Notes: a model not told the origin generated them from the sequence alone. Shown: positions 1-11,201, counted from the stretch's first letter. The stretch: DNA of 64,000 nucleotides from Escherichia coli (GCF_044324785.1 NZ_CP172127.1), one strand, 5' to 3'. Translations and numbers: made by a program.

Positions 1-2
1 AA

Positions 3-305
3 ATGACGGTCAGATATTATATCAGTTCTGCTGATTTAACCGCAGAGAAGTTCGCCACAGCAATCCGAAACCACTGGCACGTGGAGAATAAGCTGCACTG
101 GCGTCTGGACGTGGTAATGAATGAAGACGACTGCAAAATAAGAAGAGGAAATGCAGCAGAATTATTTTCAGGGATACGGCACATCGCTATTAATATTTTG
201 ACGAATGATAAGGTATTCAAGGCAGGGTTAAGACGTAAGATGCGAAAAGCAGCCATGGACAGAAACTATCTCGCGTCAGTCCTTGCTGGGAGCGGGCTTT
301 CGTAA
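3..305 (+). mobile_element. ISAs1-family (H-repeat-associated) transposase, C-terminal fragment running off the window start
   Basis: ORF 3..305 translation (…[43 protein letters not shown]…) resembles the conserved C-terminus of ISAs1/H-repeat transposases; N-terminus lies outside the window. Confidence 0.55.
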
Positions 306-502
306 TCTTTCCCTGCGTTAACCGCCCCTCCTTGACACCACGCTTTTGTCTACATTCTACGCAAACGGCAACTTTTATAACCAGTGTAAAAATAACGTGC
401 CGCAATAGTCATACCTATTAATGGTAAAAAGCTGTCACAATTCATAAAAAACCTTAATATACGCCACCCTAAACATAACCAGCGTTAATGTAAGGTTTTT
501 GT

Positions 503-2740
503 GTGGACTGGCTTCTTGATGTTTTTGCTACCTGGCTCTACGGCTTAAAAGTAATCGCGATAACGTTAGCGGTCATCATGTTCATCAGCGGGCTGGACGA
601 TTTTTTTATTGATGTCGTCTACTGGGTACGCCGCATTAAACGCAAGTTGAGTGTTTATCGCCGCTACCCGCGAATGAGTTACCGCGAACTGTATAAACCA
701 GATGAAAAACCGTTAGCGATTATGGTTCCGGCGTGGAATGAAACGGGCGTCATCGGCAATATGGCCGAGCTGGCGGCGACCACGCTCGACTATGAAAACT
801 ATCATATCTTTGTTGGCACCTACCCCAACGACCCCGATACTCAGCGTGATGTTGACGAAGTGTGCGCTCGCTTCCCAAACGTGCATAAGGTAGTCTGCGC
901 GCGTCCTGGCCCCACCAGCAAAGCCGACTGCCTGAACAACGTGCTGGACGCCATCACCCAGTTTGAGCGTAGCGCCAATTTCGCTTTCGCTGGTTTTATT
1001 CTGCATGACGCCGAAGACGTAATTTCACCGATGGAATTGCGTTTGTTCAACTATCTGGTCGAGCGTAAAGATCTGATTCAGATCCCGGTATACCCATTCG
1101 AACGCGAATGGACGCACTTCACCAGCATGACTTACATTGATGAGTTTTCAGAACTGCATGGCAAAGATGTTCCGGTGCGTGAAGCCCTCGCCGGACAGGT
1201 GCCCAGCGCAGGCGTCGGCACCTGTTTCAGCCGCCGCGCCGTGACCGCACTGTTAGCTGACGGTGACGGTATTGCTTTCGACGTGCAGAGTCTTACTGAA
1301 GATTACGACATTGGTTTCCGCCTGAAAGAAAAAGGTATGACGGAAATTTTTGTCCGTTTTCCGGTGGTGGACGAAGCCAAAGAACGCGAGCAGCGTAAAT
1401 TTTTACAGCACGCGCGGACGTCAAACATGATCTGCGTGCGCGAATATTTCCCTGATACCTTTTCGACTGCGGTTCGACAAAAATCTCGCTGGATCATCGG
1501 CATTGTTTTCCAGGGCTTTAAAACCCATAAATGGACCTCCAGCCTGACGCTGAACTACTTTCTCTGGCGCGACCGCAAAGGGGCAATCAGTAACTTTGTC
1601 AGCTTCCTCGCGATGCTGGTGATGATCCAGCTTTTGCTGTTACTGGCGTATGAAAGTTTGTGGCCCGATGCCTGGCATTTCCTTTCTATTTTCAGCGGCA
1701 GCGCATGGTTAATGACCCTGCTGTGGCTAAACTTTGGTTTGATGGTTAACCGCATCGTGCAGCGGGTGATTTTTGTCACTGGCTACTACGGTCTGACGCA
1801 GGGGCTGCTATCTGTCCTGCGTCTTTTCTGGGGCAACCTGATTAACTTCATGGCCAACTGGCGCGCGTTAAAACAGGTACTTCAACACGGCGATCCACGT
1901 CGCGTCGCGTGGGATAAAACAACGCATGACTTCCCCAGCGTGACTGGCGATACCCGCTCGTTGCGCCCGTTAGGCCAAATTCTGCTGGAAAATCAGGTCA
2001 TCACTGAAGAACAACTCGATACAGCACTGCGTAATCGCGTCGAAGGTCTACGCCTGGGCGGTTCAATGCTGATGCAGGGGCTGATTAGCGCCGAACAGCT
2101 GGCACAGGCGCTGGCAGAGCAAAACGGCGTGGCGTGGGAGTCGATCGACGCCTGGCAGATCCCTTCATCACTGATTGCCGAAATGCCGGCCTCCGTGGCG
2201 CTGCATTATGCAGTGCTGCCGCTGCGTCTGGAAAATGATGAGTTAATTGTCGGCAGTGAAGATGGTATTGACCCGGTTTCGCTGGCGGCCCTGACGCGTA
2301 AAGTCGGACGCAAAGTGCGTTACGTCATTGTTCTGCGCGGACAAATTGTCACGGGGTTACGTCACTGGTATGCACGCCGACGCGGTCACGATCCGCGGGC
2401 AATGTTGTACAATGCGGTTCAGCATCAGTGGCTCACGGAACAGCAGGCCGGTGAAATCTGGCGGCAATATGTGCCGCATCAGTTCCTGTTCGCCGAAATA
2501 CTGACCACGCTCGGTCATATTAATCGTTCAGCAATTAACGTGTTGTTATTGCGCCATGAACGCAGTTCTCTGCCGCTCGGCAAGTTTTTGGTCACCGAAG
2601 GCGTTATCAGCCAGGAAACGTTGGATCGCGTCCTGACAATTCAACGCGAATTACAAGTTTCGATGCAATCACTATTACTCAAAGCAGGTTTAAACACAGA
2701 ACAGGTTGCGCAACTGGAGTCCGAAAATGAAGGAGAATAA
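503..2740 (+). CDS. nfrB: Bacteriophage N4 adsorption protein B (family-2 glycosyltransferase, inner membrane)
   Basis: 745-aa ORF with GTG start; sequence and length match recalled E. coli NfrB; followed by nfrA with overlapping stop/start. Confidence 0.9.
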   Translation: MDWLLDVFATWLYGLKVIAITLAVIMFISGLDDFFIDVVYWVRRIKRKLSVYRRYPRMSYRELYKPDEKPLAIMVPAWNETGVIGNMAELAATTLDYENYHIFVGTYPNDPDTQRDVDEVCARFPNVHKVVCARPGPTSKADCLNNVLDAITQFERSANFAFAGFILHDAEDVISPMELRLFNYLVERKDLIQIPVYPFEREWTHFTSMTYIDEFSELHGKDVPVREALAGQVPSAGVGTCFSRRAVTALLADGDGIAFDVQSLTEDYDIGFRLKEKGMTEIFVRFPVVDEAKEREQRKFLQHARTSNMICVREYFPDTFSTAVRQKSRWIIGIVFQGFKTHKWTSSLTLNYFLWRDRKGAISNFVSFLAMLVMIQLLLLLAYESLWPDAWHFLSIFSGSAWLMTLLWLNFGLMVNRIVQRVIFVTGYYGLTQGLLSVLRLFWGNLINFMANWRALKQVLQHGDPRRVAWDKTTHDFPSVTGDTRSLRPLGQILLENQVITEEQLDTALRNRVEGLRLGGSMLMQGLISAEQLAQALAEQNGVAWESIDAWQIPSSLIAEMPASVALHYAVLPLRLENDELIVGSEDGIDPVSLAALTRKVGRKVRYVIVLRGQIVTGLRHWYARRRGHDPRAMLYNAVQHQWLTEQQAGEIWRQYVPHQFLFAEILTTLGHINRSAINVLLLRHERSSLPLGKFLVTEGVISQETLDRVLTIQRELQVSMQSLLLKAGLNTEQVAQLESENEGE

Positions 2741-5699
2741 CCTTAATCGCGTCATCGGATGGTCTGGTTTACTGCTGACGTCTTTATTGAGTACCAGCGC
2801 ACTCGCAGACAATATCGACACCAGCGCAGAAGAGCTGGGGCTGAGCGATTATCGCCATTTTGTTATTTATCCCCGTCTCGATAAGGCGCTGAAGGCACAG
2901 AAAAATAACGACGAAGCAACCGCCATCCGCGAATTTGAATATATACACCAGCAGGTGCCGGATAATATTCCGCTGACTTTATACCTTGCGGAAGCCTATC
3001 GCCATTTTGGTCATGATGCCCGGGCGCGGCTGTTGCTTGAGGATCAACTGAAACGTCATCCAGGAGATGCCCGACTTGAGCGCAGTCTGGCGGCTATTCC
3101 AGTTGAAGTGAAAAGCGTTACGACTGTTGAAGAACTGCTTGCCCAGCAAAAATCGTGCGACGCTGCGCCGACCCTGCGTTGTCGCAGTGAAGTCGGGCAG
3201 AATGCCCTGCGGCTGGCACAATTACCTGTCGCCAGAGCGCAACTGAACGATGCGACGTTTGCTGCATCGCCGGAAGGAAAAACGCTGCGAACCGATCTGC
3301 TGCAACGCGCAATCTACCTGAAACAATGGTCCCAGGCAGATACGCTATACAATGAAGCACGCCAGCAGAACACATTAAGCGCGGCAGAACGCCGTCAGTG
3401 GTTTGACGTGCTTCTTGCCGGGCAGCTGGACGATCGGATCCTGGCGCTGCAATCACAGGGGATCTTCACCGATCCGCAGTCATATATTACTTACGCGACC
3501 GCGCTGGCTTATCGTGGCGAAAAAGCACGCCTCCAGCGTTATCTCATTGAAAATAAGCCGCTGTTTACCACGGACGTACAAGAGAAAAGTTGGCTCTATC
3601 TGTTATCTAAATACAGCGTCAACCCCGTTCAGGCGTTGGCGAATTATACGGTACAGTTTGCCGATAACCGCCAGTATGTTGTTGGCGCGACGCTACCGGT
3701 GCTGTTAAAAGAAGGTCAGTACGACGCAGCGCAAAAACTGCTCGCCACCCTCCCCGCCAATGAAATGCTTGAGGAGCGTTATACCGTTAGCGTAGCGACC
3801 CATAACAAGGCTGAAGCTCTGCGTCTGGCACGATTGCTGTATCAGCAAGAACCGGCAAATCTTACCCGCCTGGATCAACTGACCTGGCAACTGATGCAGA
3901 ACGAGCAGTCACGCGAAGCTGCCGATTTATTGCTGCAACGCTATCCTTTCCAGGGCGATGCGCGTGTCAGCCAGACTTTAATGGCGCGACTGGCGTCTCT
4001 GCTGGAAAGTCATCCTTACCTGGCAACTCCGGCGAAAGTGGCAATTTTATCGAAACCCTTACCGCTGGCAGAGCAACGTCAGTGGCAAAGTCAGTTGCCG
4101 GGTATTGCAGATAATTGCCCGGCAATAGTTCGCTTGCTGGGCGATATGTCGCCTTCCTACGATGCCGCCGCCTGGAACCGTCTGGCAAAGTGTTATCGGG
4201 ACACGCTACCCGGTGTGGCGTTGTATGCATGGCTTCAGGCCGAACAACGACAACCGAACGCCTGGCAACATCGTGCGGTAGCCTATCAGGCGTATCAGGT
4301 TGAAGACTACGCCACCGCACTGGCGGCCTGGCAGAAAATCAGTCTTCACGACATGAGCAATGAGGATCTGCTTGCTGCTGCCAATACCGCCCAGGCGGCA
4401 GGAAATGGTGCGGCTCGCGATCGCTGGCTTCAGCAGGCAGAACAACGTGGGCTGGGAAACAATGCCCTCTACTGGTGGCTGCATGCGCAACGTTACATTC
4501 CTGGTCAGCCGGAACTCGCACTGAACGATCTCACGCGCTCAATCAATATTGCGCCTTCTGCCAACGCTTACGTTGCGCGGGCGACAATTTATCGCCAACG
4601 TCATAATGTCCCGGCGGCGGTGAGTGATTTGCGCGCCGCTCTGGAACTGGAACCGAATAATAGCAACACCCAGGCAGCGCTTGGTTACGCCTTGTGGGAT
4701 AGCGGTGATATCGCACAGTCGCGGGAAATGCTCGAACAGGCGCATAAAGGGCTACCGGACGATCCGGCACTTATCCGACAACTGGCCTACGTGAACCAGC
4801 GTCTGGATGACATGCCTGCGACGCAGCACTACGCCCGGCTGGTGATTGATGACATTGATAATCAGGCGCTGATAACCCCACTGACCCCAGAGCAAAATCA
4901 GCAACGCTTCAATTTCCGCCGTCTGCATGAGGAGGTCGGTCGCCGCTGGACGTTCAGTTTCGATTCTTCTATCGGCTTGCGTTCCGGCGCAATGAGTACC
5001 GCTAACAATAATGTCGGCGGCGCAGCACCAGGGAAAAGCTATCGTAGCTACGGGCAACTGGAAGCCGAGTACCGCATCGGACGCAATATGCTGCTGGAAG
5101 GCGACCTGCTCTCGGTTTACAGCCGCGTATTTGCCGATACCGGAGAAAACGGGGTGATGATGCCGGTGAAAAATCCGATGTCCGGCACCGGTCTGCGCTG
5201 GAAGCCGCTGCGCGATCAGATCTTTTTCCTCGCCGTCGAACAGCAGTTGCCGCTGAACGGGCAAAATGGCGCATCCGATACCATGCTGCGCGCCAGCGCC
5301 TCATTCTTTAATGGCGGCAAATACAGCGACGAATGGCACCCGAACGGTTCAGGCTGGTTTGCCCAAAACCTGTACCTCGATGCGGCGCAATATGTCCGCC
5401 AGGATATTCAGGCGTGGACGGCAGACTATCGCGTAAGCTGGCATCAGAAGGTGGCGAACGGACAGACTATTGAGCCTTACGCTCACGTTCAGGACAACGG
5501 TTATCGTGATAAAGGCACTCAGGGCGCGCAGCTTGGCGGTGTCGGGGTCCGCTGGAATATCTGGACCGGCGAGACGCACTACGACGCCTGGCCGCACAAA
5601 GTCAGTCTCGGCATCGAATATCAACATACCTTTAAGGCGATTAATCAACGTAACGGAGAGCGCAACAACGCGTTTCTCACCATCGGAGTGCACTGGTAA
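2727..5699 (+). CDS. nfrA: Bacteriophage N4 adsorption protein A (outer membrane, TPR-containing)
   Basis: ORF 2706..5699; start placed at internal Met (MKENNLNRVIGW…) giving 990 aa with signal peptide; matches recalled NfrA. Confidence 0.9.
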   Translation: MKENNLNRVIGWSGLLLTSLLSTSALADNIDTSAEELGLSDYRHFVIYPRLDKALKAQKNNDEATAIREFEYIHQQVPDNIPLTLYLAEAYRHFGHDARARLLLEDQLKRHPGDARLERSLAAIPVEVKSVTTVEELLAQQKSCDAAPTLRCRSEVGQNALRLAQLPVARAQLNDATFAASPEGKTLRTDLLQRAIYLKQWSQADTLYNEARQQNTLSAAERRQWFDVLLAGQLDDRILALQSQGIFTDPQSYITYATALAYRGEKARLQRYLIENKPLFTTDVQEKSWLYLLSKYSVNPVQALANYTVQFADNRQYVVGATLPVLLKEGQYDAAQKLLATLPANEMLEERYTVSVATHNKAEALRLARLLYQQEPANLTRLDQLTWQLMQNEQSREAADLLLQRYPFQGDARVSQTLMARLASLLESHPYLATPAKVAILSKPLPLAEQRQWQSQLPGIADNCPAIVRLLGDMSPSYDAAAWNRLAKCYRDTLPGVALYAWLQAEQRQPNAWQHRAVAYQAYQVEDYATALAAWQKISLHDMSNEDLLAAANTAQAAGNGAARDRWLQQAEQRGLGNNALYWWLHAQRYIPGQPELALNDLTRSINIAPSANAYVARATIYRQRHNVPAAVSDLRAALELEPNNSNTQAALGYALWDSGDIAQSREMLEQAHKGLPDDPALIRQLAYVNQRLDDMPATQHYARLVIDDIDNQALITPLTPEQNQQRFNFRRLHEEVGRRWTFSFDSSIGLRSGAMSTANNNVGGAAPGKSYRSYGQLEAEYRIGRNMLLEGDLLSVYSRVFADTGENGVMMPVKNPMSGTGLRWKPLRDQIFFLAVEQQLPLNGQNGASDTMLRASASFFNGGKYSDEWHPNGSGWFAQNLYLDAAQYVRQDIQAWTADYRVSWHQKVANGQTIEPYAHVQDNGYRDKGTQGAQLGGVGVRWNIWTGETHYDAWPHKVSLGIEYQHTFKAINQRNGERNNAFLTIGVHW

Positions 5700-6590
5700 A
5701 TGCGTAAGTTCATTTTCGTATTGCTGACACTGCTTTTGGTCAGCCCTTTTTCCTTTGCGATGAAAGGTATTATCTGGCAACCACAAAACCGTGATAGTCA
5801 GGTTACCGATACCCAGTGGCAGGGGCTGATGAGTCAGTTACGTTTGCAAGGCTTCGATACCCTGGTTTTGCAATGGACCCGTTACGGCGATGCATTCACC
5901 CAGCCAGAACAGCGCGCGTTATTGTTTAAGCGTGCCGCAGCTGCGCAACAGGCTGGCCTGAAGCTGATTGTCGGGCTGAACGCCGATCCGGAATTTTTTA
6001 TACACCAGAAACAGTCATCCGCGGCGCTGGAAAGCTATCTTAATCGCCTGCTGGCTGCCGATCTCCAGCAAGCCAGATTATGGAGCGCCGCGCCTGGCGT
6101 AACGCCGGATGGCTGGTACATCAGCGCGGAAATTGACGACCTGAACTGGCGTAGCGAAGCCGCCCGTCAGCCTTTGCTAACATGGTTAAACAACGCGCAG
6201 CGGCTGATTAGCGATGTTTCAGCAAAACCGGTTTATATCAGTAGTTTTTTCGCCGGAAACATGTCGCCCGATGGCTATCGCCAACTGCTGGAACACGTTA
6301 AAGCAACCGGCGTTAATGTCTGGGTACAGGATGGCAGCGGCGTGGATAAACTTACTGCTGAACAGCGTGAACGTTATCTACAGGCCAGCGCCGATTGCCA
6401 AAGCTCCGCCCCAGCAAGCGGCATTGTTTATGAACTGTTTGTCGCCGGCAAAGGCAAAACCTTTACAGCGAAACCGAAACCGGATGCAGAGATCGCCTCG
6501 CTGTTAGCGAAACGTTCCTCTTGCGGTAAAGACACGCTCTATTTCTCTCTGCGCTATTTGCCCGTCGCACACGGCATTCTCGAGTATTAA
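5700..6590 (+). CDS. ybcH: Uncharacterized exported protein YbcH
   Basis: 296-aa ORF with N-terminal signal peptide, directly after nfrA stop (TAA-ATG); synteny nfrB-nfrA-ybcH-envY. Confidence 0.8.
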   Translation: MRKFIFVLLTLLLVSPFSFAMKGIIWQPQNRDSQVTDTQWQGLMSQLRLQGFDTLVLQWTRYGDAFTQPEQRALLFKRAAAAQQAGLKLIVGLNADPEFFIHQKQSSAALESYLNRLLAADLQQARLWSAAPGVTPDGWYISAEIDDLNWRSEAARQPLLTWLNNAQRLISDVSAKPVYISSFFAGNMSPDGYRQLLEHVKATGVNVWVQDGSGVDKLTAEQRERYLQASADCQSSAPASGIVYELFVAGKGKTFTAKPKPDAEIASLLAKRSSCGKDTLYFSLRYLPVAHGILEY

Positions 6591-6772
6591 ATCCCTTCCA
6601 GGTAAGTCGGGTACGACCTGACTTACCACTTTCGCTCTCGTCAGAATTCCATCAAGATTAATTGCTAAAAAGCATGCTAAAGAAAGAAGATCGTTATCGG
6701 CGAACGGGCCGATCACTCATGCAGGAAGCATAGATCCTTTGAGCGGAGTTTCTGATATCTGAGGAGTGCGAA

Positions 6773-7534
6773 ATGCAATTGAGCAGCAGTGAACCTTGCG
6801 TGGTGATCCTGACCGAAAAAGAGGTAGAGGTAAGCGTTAATAACCATGCCACGTTTACCCTTCCGAAAAATTACCTGGCCGCCTTCGCGTGCAACAATAA
6901 CGTCATTGAACTCTCAACGTTAAATCACGTATTAATCACCCACATCAACCGCAACATCATCAACGATTATCTGTTGTTTTTAAATAAGAACTTAACCTGT
7001 GTAAAGCCCTGGTCGCGGCTGGCTACCCCGGTTATCGCTTGTCATAGCCGTACACCGGAAGTGTTCCGGCTAGCCGCCAACCACAGCAAGCAGCAACCCA
7101 GCAAACCCTGCGAAGCGGAGTTGACGCGCGCATTGCTTTTTACCGTATTGTCTAACTTTCTTGAGCAATCGCGGTTTATTGCCCTACTGATGTATATCTT
7201 ACGCAGCAGCGTCCGCGACAGCGTCTGCCGCATTATTCAAAGCGATATTCAGCATTACTGGAATCTGCGAATTGTCGCCAGTTCGCTATGTTTAAGCCCC
7301 AGCCTGCTCAAAAAGAAATTAAAAAACGAAAATACCAGCTATAGCCAGATTGTCACAGAGTGTCGTATGCGTTACGCCGTACAGATGTTATTGATGGATA
7401 ACAAAAATATCACTCAGGTAGCGCAATTATGTGGCTATAGCAGCACGTCGTACTTTATCTCTGTTTTTAAGGCGTTTTACGGCCTGACACCGTTGAATTA
7501 TCTCGCCAAACAGCGACAAAAAGTGATGTGGTGA
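6773..7534 (+). CDS. envY: AraC-family transcriptional regulator EnvY (porin thermoregulation)
   Basis: 253-aa ORF with C-terminal AraC-type HTH (…ITQVAQLCGYSSTSYFISVFKAFYGLTP…); synteny next to ompT. Confidence 0.85.
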   Translation: MQLSSSEPCVVILTEKEVEVSVNNHATFTLPKNYLAAFACNNNVIELSTLNHVLITHINRNIINDYLLFLNKNLTCVKPWSRLATPVIACHSRTPEVFRLAANHSKQQPSKPCEAELTRALLFTVLSNFLEQSRFIALLMYILRSSVRDSVCRIIQSDIQHYWNLRIVASSLCLSPSLLKKKLKNENTSYSQIVTECRMRYAVQMLLMDNKNITQVAQLCGYSSTSYFISVFKAFYGLTPLNYLAKQRQKVMW

Positions 7535-7577
7535 AGGGCAAAGCGGAAACGGATAAGACGGGCATAAATGAAGAAGA

Positions 7578-7624
7578 AATGGCGCGCCCTGCAGGATTCG
7601 AACCTGCGGCCCACGACTTAGAAG
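7578..7624. repeat. 47-bp direct repeat identical to the 3' part of tRNA-Arg (57505-57551); distal attachment-site copy of the integrated element
   Basis: Exact 47-nt match read by eye (aatggcgcgccctgcaggattcgaacctgcggcccacgacttagaag) at both positions; identity breaks on both sides. Confidence 0.8.
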
Positions 7625-8046
7625 TTCCTAGAACGACATTTTAAGTCAACAACTTACCGCGCCATCTCTGCGCTCACACGTCCCACTACCTCAAAACATG
7701 TAAAGCCTTGCAAGCCATTGTGAGGCCTTATGTGTCTCAGTTTTGTCCCTCTTTTTTGTACCAAAAAACATAGCAATTGAGGATAAACCTCATGCTATTT
7801 TCGCTTATATGCCTCTAAAGGCATGGCGCTTAAATAGATAAAAACACCACAAAAGCATAAAAAACCACACAGTAAAACCGCAACATAAAACAATAACAGA
7901 TAATTAAACCAAAAACAGATAGCGCATTGTGATAATCATTCAATACTAAACAAAATATAAACAGTGGAGCAATATGTAATTGACTCATTAAGTTAGATAT
8001 AAAAAATACATATTCAATCATTAAAACGATTGAATGGAGAACTTTT

Positions 8047-9000
8047 ATGCGGGCGAAACTTCTGGGAATAGTCCTGACAACCCCTATTGCGATCAGCTCT
8101 TTTGCTTCTACCGAGACTATATCGTTTACTCCTGACAACATAAATGCGGACATTAGTCTTGGAACTCTGAGCGGAAAAACAAAAGAGCGCGTTTATCTAG
8201 CTGAAGAAGGAGGCCGAAAAGTCAGTCAACTCGACTGGAAATTCAATAACGCTGCAATTATTAAAGGTGCAATTAATTGGGATTTGATGCCCCAGATATC
8301 TATTGGGGCTGCGGGCTGGACTACTCTCGGCAGCCGGGGTGGCAATATGGTCGATCAGGACTGGATGGATTCCAGTAACCCCGGAACCTGGACAGATGAA
8401 AGTAGGCACCCTGATACACAACTCAATTATGCTAACGAATTTGATCTGAATATCAAAGGCTGGCTCCTCAACGAACCCAATTACCGCCTGGGACTCATGG
8501 CCGGATATCAGGAAAGCCGTTATAGCTTTACAGCCAGAGGTGGTTCCTATATCTACAGTTCTGAGGAGGGATTCAGAGATGATATCGGCTCCTTCCCGAA
8601 TGGAGAAAGAGCAATCGGCTACAAACAACGTTTTAAAATGCCCTACATTGGCTTGACTGGAAGTTATCGTTATGAAGATTTTGAACTCGGTGGCACATTT
8701 AAATACAGCGGCTGGGTGGAATCATCTGATAACGATGAACACTATGACCCGGGAAAAAGAATCACTTATCGCAGTAAGGTCAAAGACCAAAATTACTATT
8801 CTGTTGCAGTCAATGCAGGTTATTACGTAACACCTAACGCAAAAGTTTATGTTGAAGGCGCATGGAATCGGGTTACGAATAAAAAAGGTAATACTTCACT
8901 TTATGATCACAATGATAACACTTCAGACTACAGCAAAAATGGTGCAGGCATAGAAAACTATAACTTCATCACTACTGCTGGTCTTAAGTACACCTTTTAA
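8047..9000 (+). CDS. ompT: Outer membrane protease OmpT (omptin family)
   Basis: 317-aa ORF with signal peptide; sequence matches recalled OmpT (MRAKLLGIVLTTPIAISSFA…). Confidence 0.9.
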   Translation: MRAKLLGIVLTTPIAISSFASTETISFTPDNINADISLGTLSGKTKERVYLAEEGGRKVSQLDWKFNNAAIIKGAINWDLMPQISIGAAGWTTLGSRGGNMVDQDWMDSSNPGTWTDESRHPDTQLNYANEFDLNIKGWLLNEPNYRLGLMAGYQESRYSFTARGGSYIYSSEEGFRDDIGSFPNGERAIGYKQRFKMPYIGLTGSYRYEDFELGGTFKYSGWVESSDNDEHYDPGKRITYRSKVKDQNYYSVAVNAGYYVTPNAKVYVEGAWNRVTNKKGNTSLYDHNDNTSDYSKNGAGIENYNFITTAGLKYTF

Positions 9001-9230
9001 CAACGTTAAATAGATTTTCTCCCCGGTGGTATTGTATCGCCCCGGGGAATTTGTTTACCGTTAAGAGCAACAATATCCCCTAAACTTGTAAGCATTTAAC
9101 CTGCCTCCTAACGTGTAAGCTCTTACCACAACACTAGACTCAATATATTCAAATTCGCTATGCCGTGACATCATTTAACACCTTGTAATTCATCGCCATA
9201 ATTGATTTAATTCACAAATAAAACTATAAC

Positions 9231-9899
9231 ATGGTGAAATTGATGAAAAAAAACACAGATGATGGGGCTAAAATTTACACACCACTTACCCTAAAGCTTT
9301 ATGACTGGTGGGTTTTGGGAGTATCAAATCGGCTTGCATGGGGATGTCCTACAAAGGAACACCTTCTTCCACACTTTCTGGAACATTTAGGTAACAACCA
9401 TCTGGATATTGGTGTTGGAACTGGGTTTTACCTTACTCACGTACCTGAGAGTAGTCTGATATCTTTAATGGATTTGAACGAAGCTAGCCTGAACGCGGCA
9501 TCTACAAGGGCTGGGGAATCAAAAATTAAACATAAAATTAGCCATGATGTTTTTGAACCTTATCCCGCGGCGTTACATGGCCAATTTGATTCCATTTCCA
9601 TGTTTTACCTTCTTCACTGCCTGCCTGGAAATATATCTACAAAAAGCTGTGTAATACGCAATGCGGCGCAGGCCTTAACTGACGATGGAACTCTATACGG
9701 AGCCACAATTCTTGGCGATGGAGTTGTGCACAATAGCTTCGGTCAAAAACTGATGCGCATTTACAATCAGAAAGGCATCTTTTCAAACACAAAAGATTCC
9801 GAAGAAGGCTTAACACATATACTCTCAGAGCATTTCGAGAATGTTAAAACCAAGGTTCAAGGTACTGTAGTAATGTTTTCCGCTTCAGGGAAAAAATAG
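9231..9899 (+). CDS. Class I SAM-dependent methyltransferase (YbcY-like)
   Basis: 222-aa ORF with methyltransferase motif I (LDIGVGTGFYL); AT-rich codon usage compared with flanking phage genes. Confidence 0.65.
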   Translation: MVKLMKKNTDDGAKIYTPLTLKLYDWWVLGVSNRLAWGCPTKEHLLPHFLEHLGNNHLDIGVGTGFYLTHVPESSLISLMDLNEASLNAASTRAGESKIKHKISHDVFEPYPAALHGQFDSISMFYLLHCLPGNISTKSCVIRNAAQALTDDGTLYGATILGDGVVHNSFGQKLMRIYNQKGIFSNTKDSEEGLTHILSEHFENVKTKVQGTVVMFSASGKK

Positions 9900-10403
9900 C
9901 ATCCAACCGCAGCACGTTCTTGCATACGCCGTGTCTGCGGTTTAATTTTCACTCTCAAATATTGTAGTTAAGTACAATCATGATTCTTTGGACTATATAA
10001 ATTTTCTTGTAATTAGTTCTTTAGCCGAAATTTTAAAACAATTATTTATTCAAGGGATGGACTCTATTAGGAACTATCTCAAAAACATGAATAACCACCA
10101 TCTTACGATTGAATTATTTTACAGAGTATTCTTATTGAGAAAAACAACAGCAGGTACACCAAATAATATAGAAATGTAAATTTAGGTTCATTAATCTTTT
10201 GAGTTACAACCTAAACTTTCCGTTAATCACTAAGATATCAATAGATTATACTCACTGAGCGCACGTTTTTTACAATTATTATTTCTCACATCAAAATGCG
10301 CATACCAATCTGTTATTTGACACTTTCTTATTTGTTACTAGAGTTAATTGGGTGCTGACAAGGCACATGTTATTTACAATTTGAAAATCAGAGGAGAAAT
10401 GAT

Positions 10404-10586
10404 ATGACCGAACATCGTGGCGGTGCAGGTAATTTCGCTGAAGATCGACAAAAAGCTTCTGACGCTGGTCGTAAAGGCGGCCAACATAGTGGCGGTAATT
10501 TTAAAAACGATCCACAAAGAGCATCAGAAGCAGGGAAAAAAGGTGGTCAGAATAGCCATGGTGGCGGCCGTAAATCTGACTCTTAA
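10404..10586 (+). CDS. KGG-repeat stress-induced protein (YciG/YmdF family)
   Basis: 60-aa Gly-rich ORF (MTEHRGGAGNFAEDRQKASDAGRKGGQHSGG…) closely resembling YciG; strong GAGGAG RBS upstream. Confidence 0.8.
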   Translation: MTEHRGGAGNFAEDRQKASDAGRKGGQHSGGNFKNDPQRASEAGKKGGQNSHGGGRKSDS

Positions 10587-10658
10587 TTTATTACCCCCTA
10601 CATTCGTGAATAACTGAAGCTAACTGCGAGCCTACGGGCTCGCAGTGAAAACTCTGGA

Positions 10659-11165
10659 GTGATTATGCAAATTAAATCTGTTGAAGATATCTTCATCCAC
10701 TTATTATCGGATACATACAGCGCTGAGAAACAACTAACAAAGGCACTGTCTAAACTTAGTCGCTCTGCATATAGTGATAAATTAACCGCTGCTTTTCAGT
10801 CACATCTTGATGAGACACATGGTCAAATTGAACGCATCGATCAGGTTGTTGATTCTGAAGATGGTCTTAAATTGAAAAGAATTAAGTGTGCCGCAATGGA
10901 AGGACTTATCGAAGAGGCGAATGAGGTAATTGAAAGCACTGATAAAAATGAAGTACGTGATGCAGCATTGATTGCTGCAGCACAAAAAGTAGAGCACTAT
11001 GAAATTGCCAGTTATGGCACTTTGGTAACACTCGCTGAGCAATTAGGATATAAAAAAGCGGCTAAACTCCTGAAAGAAACACTGGAAGAGGAAAAAGCTA
11101 CTGATGTCAAATTAACAGATCTGGCATTTAATAACGTTAATAAAAAAGCTCAGGATAACTCCTGA
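10659..11165 (+). CDS. Ferritin-like DUF892 protein, YciF-like
   Basis: 168-aa ORF highly similar to recalled E. coli YciF (…IEDVFIHLLSDTYSAEKQLT…HYEIASYGTL…). Confidence 0.8.
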   Translation: MIMQIKSVEDIFIHLLSDTYSAEKQLTKALSKLSRSAYSDKLTAAFQSHLDETHGQIERIDQVVDSEDGLKLKRIKCAAMEGLIEEANEVIESTDKNEVRDAALIAAAQKVEHYEIASYGTLVTLAEQLGYKKAAKLLKETLEEEKATDVKLTDLAFNNVNKKAQDNS

Positions 11166-11201
11166 ACTATAGACTTCAATTTCTTTTAGGATAAACAGAT
11201 T

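Noticed and set aside
6504-6716. 70-aa minus-strand ORF between ybcH and envY
   Set aside because: Overlaps the ybcH 3' end antisense and the intergenic region; no RBS or recognisable product.
7830-8153. 107-aa minus-strand ORF
   Set aside because: Sits in the AT-rich ompT promoter region and overlaps the ompT start on the opposite strand; hydrophobic low-complexity translation typical of AT-rich noise.
10417-10617. 66-aa ORF overlapping the yciG-like gene in another frame
   Set aside because: The KGG-repeat frame has a strong RBS and a recognisable product; the overlapping frame does not.
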